A DNA stretch of 64,000 nt, from positions 41,695,259-41,759,258 of the forward strand of contig NC_068989.1 of NCBI RefSeq assembly GCF_001194135.2. Reading direction: 5' to 3'. Below are positions 43,261 to 55,450 of this stretch, piece after piece. The position numbers and the translations under genes are program-made. How positions within the stretch are numbered: position 1 is the first letter of the stretch; each line of letters starts with the position of its first letter. The notes under the pieces are model-generated. The model did not search any database and had not been told where the DNA came from. It worked only from the letters and a program-made list of their open reading frames with translations. Source of the stretch: Octopus bimaculoides. Lineage: Eukaryota.

Positions 43261-44048
43261 TATATTTATTTGCATTTTCGCTAAAGTTATTAACTATTTA
43301 CTTTTGTTCTTTAAAACAAACAAAAATACGGATCCAAGCTTTCGTACTGTGTATAAAAAGAAAACTTTTCTTCAAATATTTAGTAACTTTTAAGAAAATC
43401 CTTCTTTAAATATTATTACTTTGTCAAGTTATTTATGCAACAGATTATATATATATATAACGAAGGGAAATAGCAGATTATATATATATATAACGAAGGG
43501 AAATAGCCCTGAAACTCGAGTCGCCTTTATATATATATATTTATATTTATATATTTATATATTTGATCCTTTATATTGAACACTCAATATTTCATCTACA
43601 TTCAATACTTTATTTCATGGTGCCATCCATTTTTATTTTATTTTATATTATATATTGTATATTATATTATATATTGTATATTCCATATTCTATACCCCAC
43701 ATTAGTTCTGCAGGAATATAAATAAAACATAAAAAACAGACAGTGTTGGAACTCTTTTAAGCAAAATAATATATTCCTCTATCCACAATCATACAAAAAA
43801 ATCCACCTTTTTTTGTATTTATTTTTACTCGCATATATATATATATATATNNNNNNNNNNNNNNNNNNNNNNNNNNNNNNNNNNNNNNNNNNNNNNNNNN
43901 NNNNNNNNNNNNNNNNNNNNNNNNNNNNNNNNNNNNNNNNNNNNNNNNNNNNNNNNNNNNNNNNNNNNNNNNNNNNNNNNNNNNNNNNNNNNNNNNNNNN
44001 NNNNNNNNNNNNNNNNNNNNNNNNNNNNNNNNNNNNNNNNNNNNNNNN

Positions 44049-44093
<45 letters not shown>

Positions 44094-45887
44094 AAAGAGA
44101 GATAAATAAAAGGGCAAAACCCCTTCCAAAGTCATATACACTCATATGGCCAGTTTCCCAGTTTGTGGTGTACACAGTAACCTACTGGACAGGATGCCAG
44201 TCCTTTAAAGGGTTGCTTACGCTTGCCAGCTCAGTAAACTGGAGCAACATGAAATGAAATGCTTTGCTTAAGAACACAATAAATACATCATCTGGTCCAG
44301 GAATCGAAACCACAATCTTACAGTCATGAGTCCAACACCCTAACATTAAGCCACACACCTCCACACACACACACATATCATCAGTCAGTTGTTTATAAGT
44401 CTGAAAAAAGCACACCCTAAAAAATTTTCTGAGTAGTAATATTTTATGTACAACAAAATGTGTGTATGTGTTTACACTCAGAAACAGACATACATATATA
44501 TACAGTTAATTAGTTATCTATTTGCTATTTAGATCAGTTTAAATTATTTTTGTTACTCCTCCCTCCTACTGTTTTATTGTGGTAGAAGATAAGTTACTTG
44601 TATCTCCCACCTCAAACAAAAATCTTTTACTAAAATACTCATACATATATACACAGTTACCAAAAAACTCACTCATAAATACACACACAAAATCAACTTG
44701 CTTGCAAGGTGTAAAATCCACACACACAGACGACACTGATACATATTAAAAATGTTTCCAGCTGAATAAATGTCCACATCAGCTGCACACCCACTATTGC
44801 ATACAGATACAAACACAGACAGACAGACACACACTAAGTGTCTTCTTCATAGCGCACTATCCATAAATACTAACAATTACAGTGATAGGTCAGAAACTTA
44901 GACTGAAACAGAGGAAGCTCACCATACATATATATGTGTGTGTGTGTGTTTGTAGCTGTGTTGTGTTTATCCCATCATGACCACCACTTGACAACCAGTG
45001 TTGGCTTGCTTAGGTACTTGTAATTTAGCAGTTCAGCAAATTAGACTGATAGAATAAAGACAAGACTTAATAGGTACAAGAGTTGATTTCTTCAACTAAA
45101 CCCTTCAAGGTGGTGCCGTAGCAAGGCCGTAGCCCAATGACTGCAACAAATGAGAAGAAAAAAACAAGCTATCCACCACACCATACATTAATGATCAGAT
45201 TCCAAGTATTCTTAATACAAAAATGAATTCATATATTTCTGATACTTAAAGCTAGCTGAGAGCATAGGGTTTATACATATGAAGTCATAGGTTGAAGAAT
45301 TTCTGAGTTTTAAGGAGAAAAACAGATAAAGCTAGTGTAGGAGAGGGAACAAAATACCAAAACAGGATGAGGTATGCAAACCATTATATTTTCTATCAAC
45401 ATCATTAGGTCTGTTAAGTGGTGTATGAGGTGGAAAATATATTTTGTTATTGATTGTGGTATGAGTATTTGGTTTTAGACATGAAATTACTAGAGAACAT
45501 GCATATGTGTATGCATACACACATACATACAAATACACATACATATATATTCATATGCACATGTGTATATACATACACCCACATGCAAAAACACGCACAC
45601 ACATGTAAAGGTAAGATCAAGGTTTAGGTAGACAGCATGCTTCGAGCAGTCCACAGAAAGTACAAAAAGTTAGAGAATGGAGTAGATGCTAGCAGATTAC
45701 CCCTCATTTGGATCATTACTACTTCTGAGATTCTGCTAACTACGAAACATATGTAACCTGGACTTTACCAACTCCATTCCCTAATTTTGGATGGATATAT
45801 ATATATATATATACACATACATATACATACACATGCATCCAGCCATCTATCTATCCATTCATACATACATGCACATACACACAAATC

Positions 45888-46120
45888 ATCATCATCATCG
45901 TTTAACGTCCGCTTTCCATGCTAGCACGGGTTGGATGATTTGACTGAGGACTGGCAAGCCAGAAGGCTGCACCAGGTTCCAATCTGATCTGGTAGAGTTT
46001 CTACAGCTGGATGCCCTTCCTAACGCCAACCACTCCGAGAGTGTAGTGGGTGCTTTTACATGCCAGTCACACAGAACTGGCAACGGCCATGCTCAAAAGG
46101 TGTTTTTTACGTGCCACCTA
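45888..46120 (-). mobile_element. SINE/RTE-tail family B, representative copy
   Basis: (CAT)n-CGTTTAACGTCCGCTTTCCATGCTAGCA.GGGTTGGA... Related copies at ~2155, 8340, 17780, 19260, 29985, 31500, 40855, 50920, 56450 and others. Confidence 0.85.
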
Positions 46121-47271
46121 ATAGTTATGAACATATATCTAAGCTGCCACAACTGACAGAGCTCAGCAGTGTGGTGGTGATATTAACTTCATTACTGATG
46201 GCTGGTGGACCCCAGCTGACTATGTTAGTGTATCAACAAGTGGCCAAGTTCATGTTGAGCTAGTGAAACCACAGAACAGGGTCTTTTAATCTGAACTAGC
46301 AGATCTGTCACAGCAGTATCAAAACAACAGCAAACTATGTCACAAGTGTTTTCGTAGAATAAGACACAGAGTAAGAAAAATCTTGGAGACAAGTTACTAA
46401 GTATCTGCCAACATTTAACTGTTGCCATATCAAAGTACAGAAGATATTCCTAAGCAATATTTGTACTAACAGAAGGGTGCTGCATATCAAAAATTTTGGA
46501 GGCCATCCGTTCAGCAAAATGGAAGTTTTTTTTGTTTGTTTCAAGTAACCAGTTTAAGAAATGATTTGAGATGTTTCTGAAATTCTTAAAAAAAATATTC
46601 TCAATAACAGAACAAGTTCTAAGAATTGGATCAGCAAGTGAAAATTATATAAGTTATATTTAAACAGAACAGTCACAGAGTGTAAAGGTGTAACGAAAAG
46701 AGCCTTGTAGTATACAGAAATTCAAACTGAGATCCATTAATTTATCAAAGAAAAAAAACAAACAAAAAAAACAATATAGATTTTCAGTTTTTACAACAAA
46801 CGGTAAAATATCCAATAATTAAAAATGTAGAAGCAATTTCATGTCAGTGATTAAAGGATCTTCGAATGTAATGAAGAACAGAATTGTTTTTTTTTTTTTT
46901 TTTTAGATGTGTAAATATGAATATATTTGGGAGTTGGACTTTCAGAAAACAAAATTTCTCAAAGTATCACATTCCGGATTTTCTCTTAGGAAAGTGGGTT
47001 TATGTAACAAACTGGTAACAAATACTGGATTACACGATGTCATATATCTTATCTTCAATATTTACTTTGGTAAATACGCATGTGAACATACATACAATAT
47101 ATATGGATAGATACACACGTATTTATGGTAATGTTTGTCATTATGTATTGGTATACAGTTGAATGATAATTGAAGGTGGTCACTGTACACATTTGAATAT
47201 AGGATCACATGTATTTGAACAAGAAGGAAAATGTTGATAGTGACTTCGAAGTTGATTTTAAAATGACTAAC

Positions 47272-47354
47272 CTGAGTTCTGAGGAGAGTTGCATCGATGT
47301 AGAAGTGTAGGTGAAGATCCAACAGCTATAACAGATCGTCTTCCATGAGAACGA
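47272..47354 (-). CDS. MAST: MAST exon (83 nt, phase 2 to 1): RSHGRRSVIAVGSSPTLLHRCNSPQNS
   Basis: Acceptor ctttcttttacttggcag and donor CAG|GTTAGT. Resembles MAST2 RTSNRKSLIVTSSTSPTLPRPHSP. Continues the frame of the 29-nt exon. Confidence 0.92.
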
Positions 47355-47937
47355 CTGCCAAGTAAAAGAAAGACTTGATAAATAAATAGAAAAAAAGAAA
47401 CGGATAAAAATATGCAGATTTTTTAAATTCCTTAGGTTAGCAAATGAAATTCCTTAGTAAATTGTAAACTAAATTAGTCTAAGGGAGGTAACTCTGGTAT
47501 CATTCTGACAAACTGAAAAGAATTCGCAACACGTACGAAACATTGTTTCTGGATAAATTAAAAAAAAAAAAATCGCAAATTCCATGTTGCTATGGAAAGT
47601 ACACAAAATACTTATTGTTATTTGATTTGTTTTGTGATTTTTCCCAGGACAAATCTGGCGAATTGGCAGAATCGTTAGAATGCTGGTCACAATATTATAA
47701 TAATAATGTTTCAAATTATCGCACAAGGCGAGCAATTTTAGTGGGAGGGGTTTAGCCTATTACGTTGTCGCCAGTACTTGACTGGGGATACTTTATTCTA
47801 CTGACCTCGAAGTGATGAAAGGTAAAGTTAATCGTGATGGTATCTGAACTCATAATGAAAGAGATGGGGAAAAAATGCTGCTAAGCAAATTTGATGTGTT
47901 GATGACACTCCCACCTCTATGTTCAATGAACAGACAC

Positions 47938-48321
47938 TTGTTATTGGCACTCCGTCGCTTACGACGTTGAGGGTTCCAATCGATCCGATCAACGGAACAG
48001 CCTGCAAGTGAAATTAAAGTGCAAGTGGCTGAGCACTCCACAGACACGTGTACCCTTAACGTAGTTCTCAGGGAGATTCAGCGTGACACAGTGTGACAAG
48101 GCTGACCCTTTGAATTACAGGCACAACAGAAACAGGAAGTAAGAGTGAGAGAAAGTTGTGGTGAAAGAGTACAGCAGGGTTCGCCACCACTCCCTGCCGG
48201 AGCCTCATGGAACTTTAGTTGTTTTCGCTCAATAAACACTCACAATGCCTGGTCTGGGAATCAAAACCGCGATCCTATGACCGCGAGTCTGCTGCCCTAA
48301 CCACTGAGCCATTGCGCCTCC
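47938..48321 (-). mobile_element. Young full-length tRNA-derived SINE (family E)
   Basis: Head GGAGGCGCAATGGCTCAGTGG with A/B-box-like motifs on the minus strand. Perfect 12-bp TSD atgaacagacac. CpGs retained. Confidence 0.9.
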
Positions 48322-48367
48322 ATGAACAGACACTAACAGATGAGAAATAAGATGAAAACAAACTTAC

Positions 48368-48396
48368 CTTCCTTTCCTAGTTAAACTGAGATCTTT
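48368..48396 (-). CDS. MAST: MAST mini-exon (29 nt, phase 0 to 2): KDLSLTRKG(S)
   Basis: Acceptor tttcacatttacag and donor AAG|GTAAGT. Matches the MAST segment KELSLPRRGS. Phases fit both neighbouring exons. Confidence 0.93.
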
Positions 48397-49420
48397 CTGT
48401 AAATGTGAAATAAATAAAATATAAATAAATAAAAAAATAAAAATACAAATATAAACGAATGGCAAAATAATTAACACAATAATATTAAGCAAAGTTCACT
48501 AAAAGATGACTGAGGGACAATAGTGTTTAGAAGATGCATGATAATATTTGATGAGGATATGAAAGCAAAAAGTGTAAGCAACAAATAATCTTGCTTTCAT
48601 ATGCCAAGTTATACATTTGTATGTTATCTTACATATTTATACAAACTGTTGTCAACTATGAATGCACTGAGTCCATTTTTATTTCAATTTATAGAAGTCT
48701 CTGAGTATAGGAGAATTTTACCTCCAGAAATAATGTCTACAATACATATATATATATATANNNNNNNNNNNNNNNNNNNNNNNNNNNNNNNNNNNNNNNN
48801 NNNNNNNNNNNNNNNNNNNNNNNNTATATATAAACCCCCTTCAGTCATGAATGACCATGGGATTGCATCTAGAAAGTTCCCCTAAAAGGCACAAGTCCAG
48901 GCAAGGTTGTTTATAGAAGACCAGCAGTCGCCCATGCATACAAATCTCCCCTTTCCATGCCACTGATGTTGTCCAAGGGAAAGGCAAAGGCCAATACAGC
49001 ATGGCACCAGTGACATTGCAACTCATTTCTACAACTGAGTGAACTAGAGCAAATGTGAAATAAAGTGTCTTGCTCAAGGACACAACACACAGCCTGGTGC
49101 ATGAATCAAACTCACTACATCATCATTGTGAGCCCACCATTCTAACACACACACACACACATATATATTTGGGTAAAAACTTTGTAGTGTGTTATACAAT
49201 GCTCATCCACAATAATTGGCTAGCAGATGTCATCATACAGCGGAAATGCACTTCCATAGTATCAGATGGTTTTTCAGGGGTGAAATAAAGAGGGACAGTA
49301 AATACTTCATTAAAATCACTTTCCAGAATACCCACTACTCCATTGGCTGTAACTGAATTCTCAGCCCTCTTCCCCTGGGTGTTTGTATTGAATTTAACCT
49401 GAGCAGGAAGATCAACTTAC

Positions 49421-49509
49421 CATACTTGCTGAGAGGGATGGTGCAGACTGACCCAAAACAGAATTGTGCATCCGTAATAAGTTTGTGCTTTCAGTATTGC
49501 TGGAAATAC
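49421..49509 (-). CDS. MAST: MAST exon (89 nt, phase 1 to 0): (S)ISSNTESTNLLRMHNSVLGQSAPSLSASM
   Basis: Acceptor tctttctctttccag and donor ATG|GTAAGT. Peptide matches the conserved MAST motif SNLVRMRNQSLGQSAPSLTAGL. Confidence 0.95.
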
Positions 49510-49648
49510 CTGGAAAGAGAAAGACGTAAGGTCAGCGATTAGCATTAACAGTTTTGTATAATAACAGAACACAAATTCAAATACCATAATGGAACGAAAA
49601 ATCAGAACAGAAGGGAGGGAAACAAGCAAAAAATTATTTTAAGATACT

Positions 49649-49871
49649 TTAACCCTTCAACGCTCAAATTACTCAGCCAGATGTAATACTATTTATATTG
49701 CTTTGAATTAATCATGTATTGTCTCATAGCTTTGAGATGCTGATGATGTTATTGTCTATTTTTAGAATGACATTGTAGGGTAGGTGTGAAAGGTTAGATC
49801 AAGGCAGTTTGAACATAAAACAGATGGAATATTTGGGCTGGATATGGTCAGTTTAAATGCTAAAAGGTTAA
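49649..49871. mobile_element. piggyBac-like MITE
   Basis: TTAA-CCCTT...AAAGG-TTAA termini, ~140 bp from the 49509 acceptor. Confidence 0.6.
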
Positions 49872-52544
49872 GATATCCAGTTTGATTGAGGGTTGATATT
49901 TGAGGACAGATATCAAACATTATGAAAAACTGTGTAGAAGCCTCTCTCTCTCACACTGTCTGTCTATCTATCTCTATATGATGGATGTGTGGATGTCTTT
50001 GTTTGTGCCCCAACCATTTGACAACTAGTGTTGGTTTGTTTACTTCATCATAATTTAGCAGTTCAGCAACAGAGACTGACGGAATAGGTACTGGACTTAA
50101 AAAGCTGGAGTGGAGCAATTTGTTGTTTGACTATACCATTCAAAACAGTACCCCAGCATGGTCGCAGTCCAAAGACTGAAACAGGTAAAAGATAAGAGAT
50201 ATACACAAAGAAGTTAATTTAAATTTAAAATTAATTGAAGTTAAACAAATCAAAGTTCATTTTAACACACACACAAAGAAAAATGTAAAATAATAAAATT
50301 GAAGAAAGGAAAAAACATTTTGAAAAGACAAATTATGAGCAAATTTTTGTAAAATAATCCAATATTTTCTTATTTTGATATTCTGTGATGATACATTGAA
50401 TATTTGTTTCAGTATTTTTTTAATTTCTTTTTATTTGTTATGTGGAATTTCTACAAGAACCACATATTTGATATTCATGCCTTTGATTGTTCATTTTACA
50501 AGATTTTTAACAAACTTCCAAATTCTAGGATGGGCATTTTTTTTTTCCTTGTCTTTGAATTTCTTTTCCATTGTTAATGAAATGCAATATCTTTTCACTC
50601 CGTGTATAACTACTTTTATGTTCAGTAGTGTATTTACTGTGATGTGGACTTGGCAATATGGCACCTTATGCAAATGTCTTCTACTAAAGCCCCGGGCCAA
50701 CCAAAGCCTTGCAAGAATGTTTGGTGAATGAAAACTGAAAGAAGCCAGTTGTATATTCATATAATCATAATCACAAACCACACATACATATTGATAAACA
50801 AAAAATTGTCGAAACCAGTTTGGTATTTGAATAAATCAGTCATAAAATTTTAAAATGACAACACATTTTGAAATTCCAAAACAAATTCTCCTCTCTCTCT
50901 CTGTTTATATGTATGTACATCATCATCATTTAATGTTTGTTGTCCATGCTGGCATACAAAGGGCACCTGTGTCAGTGGCATGTAGGAGATACCTGTGCTG
51001 GTGACATGTGAAAGGCACCCATTACATGCCATGGAATAGTTGGCACGAGAGAGGGCATCCAGCTGTACAAACCAAGGCATATCAGACTGGAGCTTGGTGC
51101 AGCTCCCTGGCTTATCAGTTCTAGTCAAACCATCTAACCCATGCCAGCATAGAAAAGAGACACATGATGATGATGATGCATATATATAATATGCATATAT
51201 ATGTATGTGTGCATGTCTTTTTGTGTACCCTTGTCTAAACAACATGATGGTTGTAAATGACTATCATCATACAAGCAAGGTCACTCATTTCCAGTCTCCA
51301 GTGGAAAATATGTTGAGCTTCAGGAAAAATATTACTTCATTTGGGAACAGATAAGAGATGGTGTATCAAAGAGAGCTTCCATCTATAGAAAATCTACCCC
51401 AACAAATTTTGTCCAACCCATGCAAGTTTGGAAAAGTGAATATTAAATGATGATAATGATGACGATGATGATTAAACACACACACACAATACAAGAACTG
51501 CCCACCCCAGAAAGCTCAATTTACCGATGATGTATTTGTCATGACAAAGAATTTGCAGACAGTGTAATTACCAAGCATTGATATTTTGGTAATGAATTTA
51601 CCATGATGTAATTACTGGTGAAGAATTTACTGTGAACCTGAAATTATTTTTCTTTCTCTTTTTTGAATTGCCTTCACCAAAAGCATCACTCTATATTAGA
51701 TTATCTAAAAAAAAAAAATCAATCATTATTTGTTTGTTCCTTTTTTTTATAGATAAATTAAAAACAAAATTCTTTTTATTGATTAATTCATCATTCCTCT
51801 CTGTTTAAATAGTGAATAGAAAACGCTTTCAGAAAGAGAGAAGCGTGCACAGGAGTGAGTAACAATCTGCTGGAATTATCGGCAAATCTTACTGAAACTT
51901 CCATATACCACCTTACCTAGATACACGAGTATTAATAAAAAACATGGTGGTCATGGTTGGAGCATCTCAGAAACAATCTAAGACTAAACAACAAAAACAT
52001 AACATTCTTTTATTCTTCTGCTTGTTTCAGTCATTCGACTGCAGCCATGCTGGAGCATTGCCTTTAAGGGTTTTTTAGTCAAGGAAATTGACCCCAAAAC
52101 TTATTTTTTATAAGCCTAGTACTTATTCTATTGGTCTCTTTGCTGGGGGGATAGTCGAGATTACCTCAACTCCAGTTCTAAAAACGGGTACTTATTTCAT
52201 TGACCCCCAAAAGGATAAAAGGAAAAGTCAACCTCAGCAGAATTTGAACCCTGGCATACTAACAATTCTGTCAGCTCATTGCCTTATTAATAATGATAAT
52301 AATAACGACAATAACAATAATAATGGTTTCAAGTTTTGGCACAAGGTCAGTAATTTCGGGGGAAGGGGTAAGTTTGATGACATCAACCCCAGTACTCAAC
52401 GGGCACTTATTTTTTATAGACCCTATAAATACGAACAGCAAAGTTGACAACGGCGGAATTTGAACTCAGAATGTAAAGACGGATGAAATGCTGCTAAGCC
52501 TTTTGCCTGGCGTGCTAACAATTTTGCCAGCTCACTGCCTTACT

Positions 52545-52561
52545 TACTACAACTGCTGCTG

Positions 52562-52615
<54 letters not shown>

Positions 52616-52960
52616 CTACTACTACTATTCATACTACTACTACTACTACTACTATTATTCCTACTACTACTACTACTATTCCTACTACTACTATTCCTAC
52701 TACTACTACTACTACTACTACTACTATTCCTACTACTACTACTACTACTACTATTCCTACTACTACTACTACTACTACTACTATTCCTACTACTACTACT
52801 ACTACTATTCCTACTACTACTACTACTATTCCTACTACTACTACTACTACTACTACTATTCCTACTACTACTACTCCTACTATTCCTACTACTACTACTA
52901 CTCCTACTCCTACTACTCCTACTACTACTACTACTACTAATAATAATAATAATAAACAAA
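52545..52960. repeat. Long compound (TAC)n microsatellite with periodic TATTCC interruptions
   Basis: Read directly. It generates the poly-Y, poly-S and poly-V ORFs in the track. Confidence 0.95.
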
Positions 52961-54328
52961 ATGGGATGGAAGGGTGGGAAGTTTTCAGAGTCAAGATTTC
53001 TTCCTGAAGTCTGTAGCAAAAATGCACATTTAAATACAAGTACTTGGCATGATATTTCATCTGATATTGCTGAAATGCCAACGCAACGAGGACATTTCAA
53101 GAGCTTGCGGTAACAACTTCTAATCACTAAGCGAATAAATAAATGAATAAATACAAAAAAAAAAAATGGAAAAACAAATAATTATAACTTGATCTGGTCT
53201 GATTGGATTGCCATTGAAAATTAAGTGTTTGCTTCTTAAGATAAATTCTGAAGAGATTACCAGATAATCTCCAAGAGTGCAGGTTTCACTAGCATGTGTT
53301 CCTCATGTACACACTATGGTATCACGTTTTGGCAAGAACGTTTTTTTTAAACACATTTATTCTTTTATTCTTTTACATGTTTCAGTCATTTGACAGTGGC
53401 TATTCTGGAGCACCACCTTAAATGGTTTTATAAAAAAAAAAAAAAAATCAACCCCAGGACTTATTCTTTGTAAGCTCAATATTTATTCTATCAGTTTCTT
53501 TTGCCGAACTGCTAGGTTACGGGGAGCATAAATACACTAACATCACTTGTCAAGCGATGGTGAGGGCAAACACGGACACAAAGACACACACACCTAAATA
53601 TACACATACATACATATATATACACACACACACATCAGGCTTCTTTCAGTTTCCTTCTACAAAATCCACTCACACTGGTGGCTGGTGCATTAATAAAAGT
53701 GAACCAGCATATTCTGTAAAGTGGTTGGCATTAGGAATGGTATCCAGCCAATTATGCCAAAGCAGACAATGGAACCTGATGCAGTCCTCAAACCTGTTTC
53801 ATATTGTCATACCAGCCAATCCATACCAGCATGGAAAACGAACATTTAAAAGCTGATGATAATGATGGTGGGGGNNNNNNNNNNGGGGGGTATTCTTTCA
53901 TGTGTCAACCACAAACCATGCTTGTAATTTTTTACTCGATAGAAAATTCCTGCTGAGACCTGATCACAGACCTCTTGAATTTACCTTTGATCCATGCAAA
54001 GAATTCCCAAAGGTTACATTCCCAAGAATATTGAGGCGGGCCACATAGTTGTTTTCACTTTTGATTTTGATGCCACAGATATCAAGGGAAATTCCATTCC
54101 TCACATTGGTCTGCATTCTTCACTCTTGACTACATCCTAGACTGCAACTGCGGGATACCAGTTCAGATAATGATGCTAATTTCATACACTGGAGAAGTAT
54201 TGAAGTGTTGATTCTTGATAGCTTCAATGTCTCTGCTTAATTCAATACTTGGCCAAAAATCTTTTCCAGAATAAAACAAAGAATGCCTGACTAACTACTC
54301 CAATTTTGAGAAACCTTATAGATATGCC

Positions 54329-54918
54329 AAATATAGCTTGACTCAAGAAAATGGTATTCTCTTTGCAAGAATACTGTTTGACCTGAAATACCCAACAAGC
54401 AAATCAATGAAGAAAGTGTTCTTGATAATGGCCATTACTGCTAAATGCAATTACCAAAAGTTTGATTTGTGGTGACCTAGCTATTCATGCAATGTCAAAG
54501 ATGACATTCACAGACATTCTAAATGTATATAAAAGTAAAATATTTTTATATACTTCATTCTTAGTTCAAAGAGTCAGAATCCTTAAACTTTTGTACACAA
54601 TGGATGTCATGATATGAGTCCAGGAGTCTAAAATATCGCTTGACTCAAGAAAATAGTATTTTTTTGCAAGGGTGATTGTATTATTCAACCTGAAGTATCC
54701 AAAAATCAAATCAATGAAAAAAATGTTCATGATAATGTCCATTACTGCAATATGTAATTGCCAAAAGCTTGGTTCATGGTGGCTTGGCTATTCATAGATG
54801 TTCTAAATGTATATATTGACTAAAGATATTTTTATATACTTCATTCATAGTCCAAAGAATTATATTCCACGACATTTGTACACAATAGGTATGGTACATC
54901 AGCCCAGGAGTCTAAAAT
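54329..54918 (+). repeat. Diverged tandem duplication, two units of ~290-300 bp
   Basis: Both units start AATAT(A/C)GCTTGACTCAAGAAAAT and end CCAGGAGTCTAAAAT. Confidence 0.85.
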
Positions 54919-55364
54919 TATAGAAATATATGACTAACAACAACGAGTTACAGATACTGTGTGGAGTTAAGATACTGGAATAAATGGATACCACTGACCA
55001 TAGTCATTAGTTTACATTTTACTAATATTGGATATAGGTGCAGGCATGGCTGTGTCATTAAGAAGTTAGCTTTCCAGCCACGTGGTTTTGGATTCAATCT
55101 CATTGCATGGGTACTTGGGCATTTGCAATGAGATTGAATCTACTTAAGCTCTGGGCTGATCGAAGCCTTATGAGTGGATTTGGAAGACAGAAACAGTCTT
55201 TTCTCCCCCAACTAAAAAGTAAATGTTACTGACTATTTCACACATACAAATATCCTTGGTGCAATTCTCAGGTGGGATCAGTGAAATGCAATGTGATGAA
55301 GCTTGCCTTTTTGAATTACAGGCAGAATTCATTTAACCTTGGCATGGTTTGCATATAGAATACG

Positions 55365-55450
<86 letters not shown>

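Noticed and set aside
46141-46290. Protein-like frame AATTDRAQQCGGDINFITDGWWTP...
   Set aside because: No start, no convincing splice sites, no recognisable family, and it abuts a SINE.
52488-53127. Long poly-Tyr, poly-Ser and poly-Val ORFs
   Set aside because: They are translations of a trinucleotide microsatellite. The same applies to the YIYI, CVCV, SLSL and X-filled ORFs.
53900-54260. Possible Gypsy integrase remnant (SDNDANF-like)
   Set aside because: Only one weak motif, and too decayed to call without a profile search.
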